Origin: Acidimicrobiia bacterium
GTDB lineage: Bacteria; Actinomycetota; Acidimicrobiia; Spongiisociales; ZC4RG35
Direction of reading: 5' to 3'
DNA: 64,000 nucleotides
Assembly (NCBI GenBank): GCA_041747855.1
Contig: JBGTEJ010000050.1
Coordinates: forward strand, 30,127-94,126
Shown: positions 34,620 through 43,631 of the stretch, in pieces
How the letters are laid out: every line of letters begins with the position of its first letter
Position numbering within the stretch: the first letter of the stretch is position 1
The notes under the pieces: generated by a model
Database searches by the model: none
Told to the model about the DNA's origin: nothing
What the model saw: only the letters and a program-made list of their open reading frames with translations
Translations under genes and position numbers: made by a program

Positions 34620-36295
34620 GTATCCCGAATCCGAGCACGGCATTGGCCAGGACTGTGATCGACTCCCTGGTCAGCCGGGGAACCCGTCTCCTGGCGTTGT
34701 CGCCTGGTTCTCGTTCTGGCGCAATCGCGATCGCCGCCAGCCAGCATCCCGACTTGGTGACGGTGGTGTTTCTAGATGAGCGGTCGGCTGCCTTCTTTGC
34801 GCTGGGCAGGTCCAAGGCCACCGGGGTCCCTGCGGCGGTCCTTTGCACTTCGGGCACTGCCACCGCCAACTGGTACCCGGCGGTGGTGGAAGCGGACGCC
34901 TCGGGAACACCCCTGATTCTCCTCACTGCCGACCGACCCGAAGAGTTACGCGGGGTTGGCGCCAACCAGACCATCGACCAGGTCGGGATGTACGGCAACA
35001 AGGTGAGATTCTTCGCCGACATACCAGCCCCCGACGGGACCGACCAGGCGGGAAGCTGGCGTACCGCGGTCAACGACGCATTCTCGGCCGCCATGGGTGG
35101 CGGACACATTCCGGGCCCCTCGCACCTCAACCTCTCGTTCCGTGAGCCGACTGTCCCGGTCGGTGACGACGGGCGGTCCAGCGCTGATTCCTACGCTCAT
35201 CCGATTGACGGGGCCGAGCTCCGGGGATCGGGTTCGAGGCCTACAGCGCCAGTCCCCGACATCGATCGAATGCCTGCTTATCACCCAAAGGGTCTGCTCA
35301 TCGCAGGCGACGGCGAGTACGACCGGGTGGGTCTATTGAACGAGGCATCACGTCTCGGCTGGCCAGTCCTCGCCACCGCCCTTTCGGGAATGAGGGGCAT
35401 GGATGTGGTCAGGAACTACCACTACCTCCTTGCCGGCGTGATCCACCCGTCCCTGGTGCCGGACCTCGTCGTAGCCTTTGGTGCCATCGGCCCCAGCGAG
35501 CGACTCGAGAAGCTGATCGCTCGGTCATCGATCCGGGTTCGGATCGACTTGTGGGGTCGTCCGATCGACCCGGCCCGGAACGCCACCCACCGTTTGACCG
35601 CCGATCCGTTGTTGTACCTCAAAGGGTTCCAGCCTCACCCGGACCAGGGTTGGGGAGTTGCCTGGACCCAGACCGACCTCAGAGTTGGAGAGAAGATCGC
35701 CAACCTGCTCGACGAATCCGACCCGATCACCTCAGCGGGTGTGGCCAGAGTGATCGACGGAGTCCCAAGGGGAGCTTTGGTGGTGGCCTCGTCGCTCCCT
35801 ATACGCGCCATCGATGCACATCTTTCCACGTCCGGACCGGTGGTCGGCAACCGGGGGGCCTCGGGCATCGATGGTTTCGTGTCGACCGCGCTTGGTGTCG
35901 CTTCATCGTTTCAACGGACCGTTGCTCTGGCCGGGGACCTATCACTCCTCCATGACGACAACGGCTTCTTGAACGACGGTGACTTCGATCTCACCACCGT
36001 GGTCATGAACAATGGGGGAGGAGGACTGTTCGACCTGCTCCCACAGCGGGTCCACGCCCCCGACTACGAGCGCTTGTTCGTGGCCCGCCAGGATCGTGAC
36101 CTGGGTGTCCTTGCCGCCTTCCACAACATTGCCTATGAGCGGGTGACGGATTTGGGGGAGCTGGCCGACGTAGTGACGTCGAGCACGGAAAGCGGAGGAC
36201 TGTCCTTGATCGAGGTGCCAGTCGACCGGAACGACGATCTCGACATGTGGACACAACTCGACGAGGTCGCCGGGTCAGTCGTGGCCAACATCTAA
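34616..36295 (+). CDS. menD: 2-succinyl-5-enolpyruvyl-6-hydroxy-3-cyclohexene-1-carboxylate (SEPHCHC) synthase
   Basis: It has a ThDP-enzyme layout (TSGTATANWYPAV, LTADRP) and the ThDP-binding motif GDLSLLHDDNG...NNGGG. The start is probably TTG 34616, which overlaps the menC stop (TTGA). Confidence 0.85.
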   Translation: MSIPNPSTALARTVIDSLVSRGTRLLALSPGSRSGAIAIAASQHPDLVTVVFLDERSAAFFALGRSKATGVPAAVLCTSGTATANWYPAVVEADASGTPLILLTADRPEELRGVGANQTIDQVGMYGNKVRFFADIPAPDGTDQAGSWRTAVNDAFSAAMGGGHIPGPSHLNLSFREPTVPVGDDGRSSADSYAHPIDGAELRGSGSRPTAPVPDIDRMPAYHPKGLLIAGDGEYDRVGLLNEASRLGWPVLATALSGMRGMDVVRNYHYLLAGVIHPSLVPDLVVAFGAIGPSERLEKLIARSSIRVRIDLWGRPIDPARNATHRLTADPLLYLKGFQPHPDQGWGVAWTQTDLRVGEKIANLLDESDPITSAGVARVIDGVPRGALVVASSLPIRAIDAHLSTSGPVVGNRGASGIDGFVSTALGVASSFQRTVALAGDLSLLHDDNGFLNDGDFDLTTVVMNNGGGGLFDLLPQRVHAPDYERLFVARQDRDLGVLAAFHNIAYERVTDLGELADVVTSSTESGGLSLIEVPVDRNDDLDMWTQLDEVAGSVVANI

Positions 36296-37288
36296 GCCAC
36301 GCAGCATCGGACCCAGTTTCATCTCGGTCTCCTCCCACTCCCGGTCGTGGTCGGCGCCGAGAACCAGACCACCCCCGGCGTACAACGTCACCTGGTCCCC
36401 GAGGATCTGTCCGCATCGGAGGGCCAGAGCGAACTCACCATTTCCATCTCCGTCGAACCATCCGATGGGTCCGGCATATCTGCCCCGGGACCTGGGCTCC
36501 ATCGCCCTTATCAGCCTCAGTGCCTCATCACTCGGTGTCCCTCCCACCGCTGCCGTCGGATGGAGGGCCCCGACCAGGTCGAGGACGCCGACACCGGGCA
36601 AGGCTGTCGCCTCGAACCGGGTTGCGAGGTGGCTGATCTTGCCGAAGACCAGAGGCGACTGCTCGCCGTTCAATTTGCTGGTGAGTGGTCCGAGGGCCGC
36701 CCTGACGGAGTCGGCGGCGAAGGCATGTTCTTCCGAGATCAAGGGGCTGTCGAGTCCGTCGACATCGGGTGCGGTCCCGGCCAGGACCAGGGACGTCACT
36801 CTGCCCTTGACGACTCTCACCAGTAGTTCGGGGCTGGCCCCGATCAGTCCGTCCAGGGAGAACACGTGAGAAGAGACGTTGTAGGAGATCAAACGGGCGA
36901 GCACCGCCTCGACTGGGACCTCGGAGTCGAACTCGAGACGTACCTGACGGGCGAGGACGACCTTTTCGACTCGCTTCTGGTCGAGGGCTGCCCGGGCCTG
37001 GTCGAAACCTTCGGACCAGACGGCACGGCCATCATCGACGATACGACCCCGGGGCAGGGTGTTGGCCGAGGGCTGCCAGTTGCGGTCGAACAGTTCTGGT
37101 GTCATCACCACCGAGAAGGGGTCCTCCGGGTCGAATGTGAACGAAGCGAACGCCAGCAGACCCGGACTTGTGGTCAGCCAATCGGCGGCGCGCCGGTATC
37201 GGTCATCGCCGGTGCCCGGGTTGTGTGTGATGGTGGCTCCGCCCCCGGCTATCGAACCCGACGGGGATGACCAGTAGAGCGGACTCAT
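36275..37288 (-). CDS. menF: Isochorismate synthase (chorismate-binding enzyme)
   Basis: It has C-terminal chorismate-utilising blocks HPTAAVGGTP, MEPRSRGRYAGPIGWFD and ALALRC...YAGGGLV. It lies in a men gene context. At 337 aa it is short for the family. Confidence 0.75.
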   Translation of the reverse strand: MSPLYWSSPSGSIAGGGATITHNPGTGDDRYRRAADWLTTSPGLLAFASFTFDPEDPFSVVMTPELFDRNWQPSANTLPRGRIVDDGRAVWSEGFDQARAALDQKRVEKVVLARQVRLEFDSEVPVEAVLARLISYNVSSHVFSLDGLIGASPELLVRVVKGRVTSLVLAGTAPDVDGLDSPLISEEHAFAADSVRAALGPLTSKLNGEQSPLVFGKISHLATRFEATALPGVGVLDLVGALHPTAAVGGTPSDEALRLIRAMEPRSRGRYAGPIGWFDGDGNGEFALALRCGQILGDQVTLYAGGGLVLGADHDREWEETEMKLGPMLRGLDVGHD

Positions 37289-38049
37289 GGGAACACACCC
37301 ACATCGTCCCCCTCGATGTCCGCCAGACGTCGCGCCAGTTCGGTGAACTCGGCGAGATCGCCTGAAGCGGCCAGCATGAGGCTGCCTGCCCCATTCGAAG
37401 TCGGAGCGACCCGGGCGGTTTGACGGGCGACCGCGTTGGCCGGGTCGATCACGGTGACCTCCGGTCCAACTAGTACCTCGATGGCGGGCCGGAGGAAGGA
37501 GAAGTGAGTACAGCCGAGAACGACGGTGTCAGCACCCATCTCCAGCACAGGCCTGATGTCCGATTCGAGAAGGGCCATGACATCTTCGCCTTCGGTCTGG
37601 CCATCTTCGACGATCTCCACCCACTTGGGACAGGCGCGAGGGATCACTTCCACACCCTCGGTGAAACGGCTCACCACCGACTCGAAGAGTCGTCCCTGGA
37701 AGGTGGCCGCGGTGGCGAACACCGCGATCACCCGACTCTTTGTGGAGAGGGCCGCCGGTTTGACCGCTGGCTCCATCCCCACGATCGGAACCTCGTGGTG
37801 TGTCGAGCGGAGATCGTCGAGGGCAGCTGCCGACGCCGTATTACAGGCGACCACCAGGGTTGAAGCCCCCCTGGCGAGGAGCCACTCGGCGATCTCGTGC
37901 GAGAACGCTCGAACCTCGGACAGGGGACGGAGACCGTAGGGCGCCCGGCCACGATCAGCAACATACAAGAGGTCGGCGTCGGGGATCTCGATCCTTATCT
38001 GTCGCAGGACCGAGAGACCGCCAACACCGGAGTCGAAGACACCGATCAT
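37285..38049 (-). CDS. murI: Glutamate racemase
   Basis: It has IGVFDSGVGGLSVL, the catalytic Cys motifs ACNTAS and GCTHF. Confidence 0.95.
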   Translation of the reverse strand: MIGVFDSGVGGLSVLRQIRIEIPDADLLYVADRGRAPYGLRPLSEVRAFSHEIAEWLLARGASTLVVACNTASAAALDDLRSTHHEVPIVGMEPAVKPAALSTKSRVIAVFATAATFQGRLFESVVSRFTEGVEVIPRACPKWVEIVEDGQTEGEDVMALLESDIRPVLEMGADTVVLGCTHFSFLRPAIEVLVGPEVTVIDPANAVARQTARVAPTSNGAGSLMLAASGDLAEFTELARRLADIEGDDVGVFP

Positions 38050-38102
38050 GCTTCTATCTCACCATTTCGGGTGGGTGTTGGGTGGTAGCGTCGATCGGAC
38101 GT

Positions 38103-38873
38103 ATGCAGATAGCAGGCAAGGTCGCATTGGTCACCGGCGGGGCTTCCGGGTTGGGTCTGGGCACGGCCCGGCATTTCGTCGCCCTTGGTGGTTCGGTGGT
38201 CATGCTCGACATGAACGAGGCCAAAGGCGCACTGGCTGCCACCGAGTTGGGTCCGATGTCCCGGTTCATCGCCTGCGATGTAGCCGACCCCGACAATGTG
38301 CAGGCCGCCGTGGACGGTGCTGCCGAGGCGTTCGGGACCATCGACATCCTGGTCAATGCGGCGGGCATAGCCCCGGCGCAGCGTGTCCTGTCCCGGGAGG
38401 GGTCACCACACGACCTGGAACTCTTCAAGGTGACGATCGGGATCAATCTGATCGGTATGTTCGACATGATCAGGAGTGTCGCCACGGTAATGGCGAGAAA
38501 CGAGCCGGGACCGACCGGTGAGCGTGGGGTGATCATCAACGTGGCCTCGATAGCCGCCTTCGAGGGCCAGATCGGACAGGCCGCCTACTCTGCTTCCAAG
38601 GGTGGCGTGGTGGGGATGACCCTGCCACTGGCCCGGGACCTGGGGAGTGTGGGGATCAGGGTGATGACCGTGGCCCCGGGAATAATGGACACCCCTCTGC
38701 TCGAAGCGGCCCCACAAGAATTGAAAGACTCGCTGGCGCGGCTCAGTGTGTTCCCGCAAAGGCTCGGGACCCCAGCGGACTTTGCCCGAATTGTGCAAGC
38801 GATCGTGGAGAACGAGATGCTCAACGGTGAGGTCATCCGGTTCGATGCTGCCGCGAGGATGCCCCCCAAGTAG
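38103..38873 (+). CDS. Short-chain dehydrogenase/reductase (3-hydroxyacyl-CoA dehydrogenase type 2-like)
   Basis: The start is trimmed to MQIAGKVALVTGGASGLGLG (ATG 38103). It has NAAG and the catalytic YSASKGG. The longer track ORF (from 37800) is antisense to murI. Confidence 0.85.
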   Translation: MQIAGKVALVTGGASGLGLGTARHFVALGGSVVMLDMNEAKGALAATELGPMSRFIACDVADPDNVQAAVDGAAEAFGTIDILVNAAGIAPAQRVLSREGSPHDLELFKVTIGINLIGMFDMIRSVATVMARNEPGPTGERGVIINVASIAAFEGQIGQAAYSASKGGVVGMTLPLARDLGSVGIRVMTVAPGIMDTPLLEAAPQELKDSLARLSVFPQRLGTPADFARIVQAIVENEMLNGEVIRFDAAARMPPK

Positions 38874-38878
38874 AACAG

Positions 38879-40816
38879 TCATCTCAACCTTGGGATGCCA
38901 CCCAGCGAATCAGGGTTCTCCAGACTGGTCAGGTCGCCGGGTTCGAGACCGAGGGCCATCGCCTTCACAACCCGACGCATGATCTTCTGTGACCGAGTCC
39001 GGGGAAGATCATCCACCCAGGCAACGAATGAGGGCTTGAATGCCTTCCCAAGAGTCGAGGTCACCGCTCCGATCACCTCGAGCTCCAGGTCGGCGTCGGG
39101 CACCACACCGGGGGCCGGCACCACATAGAGGGCGATCGCCTCTCCCTTGACCTGGTCGGGAACGCCGATGGCGGCGGCCATCATGACCCGGTCCAGTGCG
39201 ACCACGACACTCTCGATCTCGGCGGGCCCGACGCGTTTCCCGGCGATATTCAGAGTGTCGTCGGATCTGCCGTGGAGATACCAGAACCCGTCTTCGTCGA
39301 TGCTCGCCCAGTCTCCATGCACCCAGGTATCGGGGAATCGCGACCAGTAGGTCTCGATGTAACGGTCCGGCTCGCCCCAGAATCCGCGGGTCATTCCCGG
39401 CCAGGATCCCCGGATGACGAGTTCGCCCACACCGCCTCTGATCGAGTCACCGGTGTTGTCGTAGACGTCTGCGTCCATCCCCAGGGCTCTCCCGCCGAGG
39501 GATGTCGGCTTCAGACCCTGCAACAGGTTCGCCGAGAGGATGCACGCCCCTATCTCGGTCCCGCCGGAAATGTTAACGATCGGTATCCTTCCGTCCCCGA
39601 CCTCGTTGAACAGCCATAGCCAAGGGCCGGTGTTCCAGGGCTCTCCCGTTGAGCCGAAGATCCGGACCCGGGACAGGTCGTGGGCCTCAGTCAGCGCCGA
39701 TCCATGTGGTTGCAGGGAACGGATCAATGTCGGGGAGACACCGAAGATGGTCACCCCGAGGCTGTCGACCACCTCCCAGATTCGGTCTGGACCAGGATGG
39801 TCGGGTGCCCCGTCGTAAGTGGCGATGGCGGACCCGTTGGCCAGTCCTGCGACCACCATCCATGGACCCATGATCCAGCCCATGTCGGTGAACCACATGA
39901 GGACATCGTCCGGTCTCACATCGAGTTGAAAGGCGCCTTCGGCGGCAAGCTTCACCGTGAGACCGGCATGGACATGGACCGCCCCTTTGGGTCTTCCAGT
40001 CGTGCCCGAGGTGTAGGCGATCATGACCGGGTCTTCGGCGTAGGTCCTGATCGCGGCCGCGGTGGTGGCTCCGGTCAACAGTTCGTCCCACCAGATGTCG
40101 CGTTCTTCGATCATGGGCGTGTCGAACCCGGCGGTGTAGTCGACGACCACTACATTGGCCAGCCCTCCGGCGCTGACAATGGCTTGATCGGCGACCTCCT
40201 TCATCCTCACCACCTTCCCCCGTCTCATGAAGGTGTTGGCGCAGATCAAGACCTTGGGCTTGGGATCTGCGAGACGGCTGGAGACGGCTTCGGAGGCGTA
40301 TCCGGAGAACACCGGGATGAAGATGGCCCCGATCCTGGCCACTGCCAGGAAGGAGATGACCGCCTCAGTCGACATCGGCAGATAGACCGCGACTGAGTCG
40401 CCCTTTTGGACTCCCAGGCTGGTGAGTCCACCGGCCAGTGCCGAGACGAGCCGGGACAACTCCCCGAAGGTCGTCTCCCGCATCTCTCCGGACTCCTTCA
40501 GCGAGCGTACCGCCAGACGGTCCCCGTCGGTGTCGGCCCAGCGGTCGACACAGGCGCGAGAGAGATTGAACTGCCCGTCGACGAACCAGGTCGCCCAGGC
40601 ATGACCTCGCGAAGTGTCACGGACGATCGAGGCGGGACGGTCGAAGGGGAGACCGAGGAAGCCCACAACCGCGGACCAAAACCACTCCGGGTCCTGGACC
40701 GATCTCTCCACAAGGTCCGGGTATGAAGCGATGCTGTGGGCACGCATGAACCTCGCGGTGTTGGTTGCTTCTGCGTACGCGGCCTCCGGTCGCCATACGA
40801 TCTCGTGCTTTTCCAT
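38879..40816 (-). CDS. AMP-forming acyl-CoA synthetase (acetoacetyl-CoA / acetyl-CoA synthetase-like)
   Basis: The start is trimmed to MEKHEIVWRPE (ATG 40816). It has the AMP-binding motif YTSGTTGRPKG, plus GWIMG, STGEP and a C-terminal PRTRSQKIMRR. Substrate was not resolved. Confidence 0.8.
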   Translation of the reverse strand: MEKHEIVWRPEAAYAEATNTARFMRAHSIASYPDLVERSVQDPEWFWSAVVGFLGLPFDRPASIVRDTSRGHAWATWFVDGQFNLSRACVDRWADTDGDRLAVRSLKESGEMRETTFGELSRLVSALAGGLTSLGVQKGDSVAVYLPMSTEAVISFLAVARIGAIFIPVFSGYASEAVSSRLADPKPKVLICANTFMRRGKVVRMKEVADQAIVSAGGLANVVVVDYTAGFDTPMIEERDIWWDELLTGATTAAAIRTYAEDPVMIAYTSGTTGRPKGAVHVHAGLTVKLAAEGAFQLDVRPDDVLMWFTDMGWIMGPWMVVAGLANGSAIATYDGAPDHPGPDRIWEVVDSLGVTIFGVSPTLIRSLQPHGSALTEAHDLSRVRIFGSTGEPWNTGPWLWLFNEVGDGRIPIVNISGGTEIGACILSANLLQGLKPTSLGGRALGMDADVYDNTGDSIRGGVGELVIRGSWPGMTRGFWGEPDRYIETYWSRFPDTWVHGDWASIDEDGFWYLHGRSDDTLNIAGKRVGPAEIESVVVALDRVMMAAAIGVPDQVKGEAIALYVVPAPGVVPDADLELEVIGAVTSTLGKAFKPSFVAWVDDLPRTRSQKIMRRVVKAMALGLEPGDLTSLENPDSLGGIPRLR

Positions 40817-40876
40817 GACGGTCGCTGAGGGTATCGGAGAACAGCCGTCCGGTCTAAGCCAACCTAAGCTGTCGAA

Positions 40877-41992
40877 ATGCGATCCAAGGCGGATCTGGCC
40901 GCCCAGAGGGAGTTCCGTCACAAGGTCATCACGGTGGTCGTGATCGTGCTTGCTGCAATTGCGGTCTTGTGGCTGGCGAGTCAGCTCCGGAGCCTGTTGT
41001 TCATGGTCTTTGTCTCCCTCTTCGTGGCGGTGGCAGTCGCCCCTCCGGTCCAATGGTTGGAGAGACGGGGAATGAAACGGGGACTCGCCACTGGTGTCGT
41101 CTTCCTCGCCGGTTTCCTTCTCGTGGTGGGGTTCGGCTGGGCCCTGGCCCCTTTGTTCGTCGAACAGGTTCAGCAACTCATCGAGGGGGTGCCCGGATAT
41201 GTCGAGGCCTTCGTCGCATGGCTCCAGCGACTCGGCTTTGACATCGACTGGGATCCCGAGGAGTTGGGCGGTCAGATCGCGGCCGCCCTCGAGAACTTCG
41301 GTGGGGGTGTCGTTGGGGGTGTCGTCGGTGTTGCCGGGTCCGTCTTCGGATTTCTGGTCTTCGCCACCACGGTGGCCTTGTTTTCGTTCTTCATGGTTGC
41401 CGAGCTTCCAAAGATGCAGCGAACCGTCCTTTCCACGATGCCGGAGAACCGGCAACACCGGGCGCTCCATGCTTGGAATGTGGCCGTCGATCAGATGGGC
41501 TCCTACATCTATTCCAGGTTGGTGCTGGCAGTTCTCTCCGGTGTGGTCGCTTGGGGGGCATTGAGTATCCTCGGGGTCCCCTTTGCCCTCTCCCTGGGTA
41601 TCTGGGTCGGTGTGCTCAGCCAGTTCATACCGGTCGTGGGAACCTATCTGGCGATGGTGCTTCCCATCATCGTCTCGCTCACCACCGGCGGTCTGACCAC
41701 AACGATCTGGGTCGTGGTGGTCTTTGTCGCATACCAGCAGGTGGAAAACTATCTCTTCGCCCCGTTCATCACCAAAAAGACCATGGAGATCCATCCTGCG
41801 GTATCGGTGGGCGCAATCCTGGCCGGGGCCTCTCTCATGGGTGGCATTGGTGTGGTCCTGGCACTGCCGATGACCGGGATCATCCAGGCCCTCATATCGG
41901 AGTCCCGCAGGTCATACGACACCATCCTCGACGACGAACACTCTGAGGGATCTGACGTGACCGCGTTTCCAGACTCCGCCGTCACGGAGTGA
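40877..41992 (+). CDS. AI-2E family transporter (PerM/UPF0118)
   Basis: This 371-aa protein has about 8 TM helices and typical family features (WLERRGMKRGLA loop after TM2, C-terminal ALPMTG). Confidence 0.75.
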   Translation: MRSKADLAAQREFRHKVITVVVIVLAAIAVLWLASQLRSLLFMVFVSLFVAVAVAPPVQWLERRGMKRGLATGVVFLAGFLLVVGFGWALAPLFVEQVQQLIEGVPGYVEAFVAWLQRLGFDIDWDPEELGGQIAAALENFGGGVVGGVVGVAGSVFGFLVFATTVALFSFFMVAELPKMQRTVLSTMPENRQHRALHAWNVAVDQMGSYIYSRLVLAVLSGVVAWGALSILGVPFALSLGIWVGVLSQFIPVVGTYLAMVLPIIVSLTTGGLTTTIWVVVVFVAYQQVENYLFAPFITKKTMEIHPAVSVGAILAGASLMGGIGVVLALPMTGIIQALISESRRSYDTILDDEHSEGSDVTAFPDSAVTE

Positions 41993-41996
41993 GTTG

Positions 41997-43631
41997 ATGC
42001 TCCGAACGGTCGCGCTTTCACTGGTCGTTGCCCTGGGCGCGTGCACCACGACCAGCACTACGACAACCCTGGCCCCATCCCCCGGCACCACCGCCCCCTC
42101 TACGACGACCACCGAGCCCGAACTGTGCCCGGACGTCTTCTGTCTGGTCTACACAGTCTCAGAAGGGTGGTTCTGGTCCGACGGGGTGGCCGTGACGGTC
42201 GATGACTTCGTCCACACCTTGGAGCTGTTGACCGGACCCGACGGTCTTGACTCAGGCAACCCGGGATACGACCTGATCACCGATCACGAGGTGATCGGTG
42301 AAAGGACCCTGCTGGTTTCGATGTCAGAGGTGTTCGCACCATGGAGGACACTCTTCGAAGTGGTCTACCCGGCCCACGCCGAGACCGACCCCATCCTGCC
42401 CGGCCCCACCAGTGGTCCTTTCCTGCTGGGTAGTTGGGTAGATGACGGGGATCTGATCCTCGCCCGCAATCCCCGATATACCGGACCGGGCAGTCCTGGA
42501 GATCTGCAGGAGCTCCGTTTTGTCGTCGCCGATGGGGTCAGGGAAGTGGTGTCGGGTCTGCTCAGCGGTGACTACCAGGTGATAAACCCGGCGCCACAGG
42601 ACTGGATGCTCGAGGACCTGGAGGCCTCATCGGATGTGGTCCATGACCTCACCCCTGGCGCTTATTGGGAGCACATCACCTTCAATCACGACGACGGGCT
42701 CCTCACTCAATCTTTCGTGAGGGAAGCCATCGCCGCGGCCCTCGACCGCGAGGGAATCCTGGATGCCACGGTTCGGAAGCTCGATCCAGGAGCCGGGGCG
42801 CTCGGCAACACCATGTGGATGATCGGATCGATGAACCATCAGGACAACTTCGATCACCGGCATGATCCTGACCGTGCGGTGTCGATCCTCACCGACAACG
42901 GTTGCGAGCGTGGTGGCGATGGGGTATTCGTGTGTGCTGGTAGCCGGGTCTCGTTCGTCTGGGCCACAACTGTCGGCGACTCCTTTCGCAGTGAGCAGCT
43001 GACCCGAGCGGCCGAGATGCTCGCCACCGCCGGTATAGAAGTCTCGGTCTGGACGCTGGCACCGTCGGTCCTCTTCTCGACTCCCATCTTCTTCGGAAAC
43101 GCCAGTGTCTGGCAGATGATGAGCTTCGCATGGAAGGCCGGGGCCGATCCGTTCCTCGCCGAGACCCTCTATACCTGTGCCGGCGATGGCCCTCACGGAA
43201 TGGGGTTGCTCAACGCCGCCCGCTACTGCAGCGAAGAAGTCGAAGACCTGGTGTTGTCAGCGAGGGGCATCCTGGATCCGGCGGAGCGAGCCCGGGTCCT
43301 CAACCAGGCGGACCGTATGTTTCTCGACGACGTTGCCATGATCCCGTTGTACCAACGCCCGTCCCTGCTGGCCTGGGCAGACGAGCTCGTGGGCCCCGAG
43401 GCCAATCCGTGGTGGGGGGATCTATGGAACGTCGGCGCTTGGACCGGGATGTCAGAAGTCGCCGTCGCAATCGAGAGGATGCCCGCTTCCCTGACGGCGA
43501 TGCTGGCCGATGACACCACACAGATGATCGTGAGGGTCTTGTATCTGGGGGCCTTCCGGGTGACACCCGAGATGGAATACGTGCCGGTGCTGGTCGACAG
43601 TGTCGAAGTCATCGTCAGGAGCACTCGATGA
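41997..43631 (+). CDS. ABC-type substrate-binding lipoprotein, family 5 (peptide/nickel/opine type), no cognate permease genes nearby
   Basis: The lipobox LVVALGAC is followed by a Thr-rich linker and a roughly 500-aa SBP_bac_5-like body (WSDG.PVT..DF, NPRY, W..ITFN, IPLYQ). The start is ATG 41997, 5 nt after the upstream stop. Confidence 0.7.
   Translation: MLRTVALSLVVALGACTTTSTTTTLAPSPGTTAPSTTTTEPELCPDVFCLVYTVSEGWFWSDGVAVTVDDFVHTLELLTGPDGLDSGNPGYDLITDHEVIGERTLLVSMSEVFAPWRTLFEVVYPAHAETDPILPGPTSGPFLLGSWVDDGDLILARNPRYTGPGSPGDLQELRFVVADGVREVVSGLLSGDYQVINPAPQDWMLEDLEASSDVVHDLTPGAYWEHITFNHDDGLLTQSFVREAIAAALDREGILDATVRKLDPGAGALGNTMWMIGSMNHQDNFDHRHDPDRAVSILTDNGCERGGDGVFVCAGSRVSFVWATTVGDSFRSEQLTRAAEMLATAGIEVSVWTLAPSVLFSTPIFFGNASVWQMMSFAWKAGADPFLAETLYTCAGDGPHGMGLLNAARYCSEEVEDLVLSARGILDPAERARVLNQADRMFLDDVAMIPLYQRPSLLAWADELVGPEANPWWGDLWNVGAWTGMSEVAVAIERMPASLTAMLADDTTQMIVRVLYLGAFRVTPEMEYVPVLVDSVEVIVRSTR

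Noticed and set aside
40817-41794. The N-terminal 326 codons of the 971-aa minus-strand ORF (38879-41794) would make a giant fusion protein with the acyl-CoA synthetase.
   Set aside because: This part is antisense to the well-supported AI-2E transporter gene. Its composition is His/Asp/Gly/Pro/Arg-rich, as is typical of shadow frames opposite membrane-protein genes in high-GC DNA. The synthetase has a natural N-terminus at MEKHEIVWRPE (ATG 40816).
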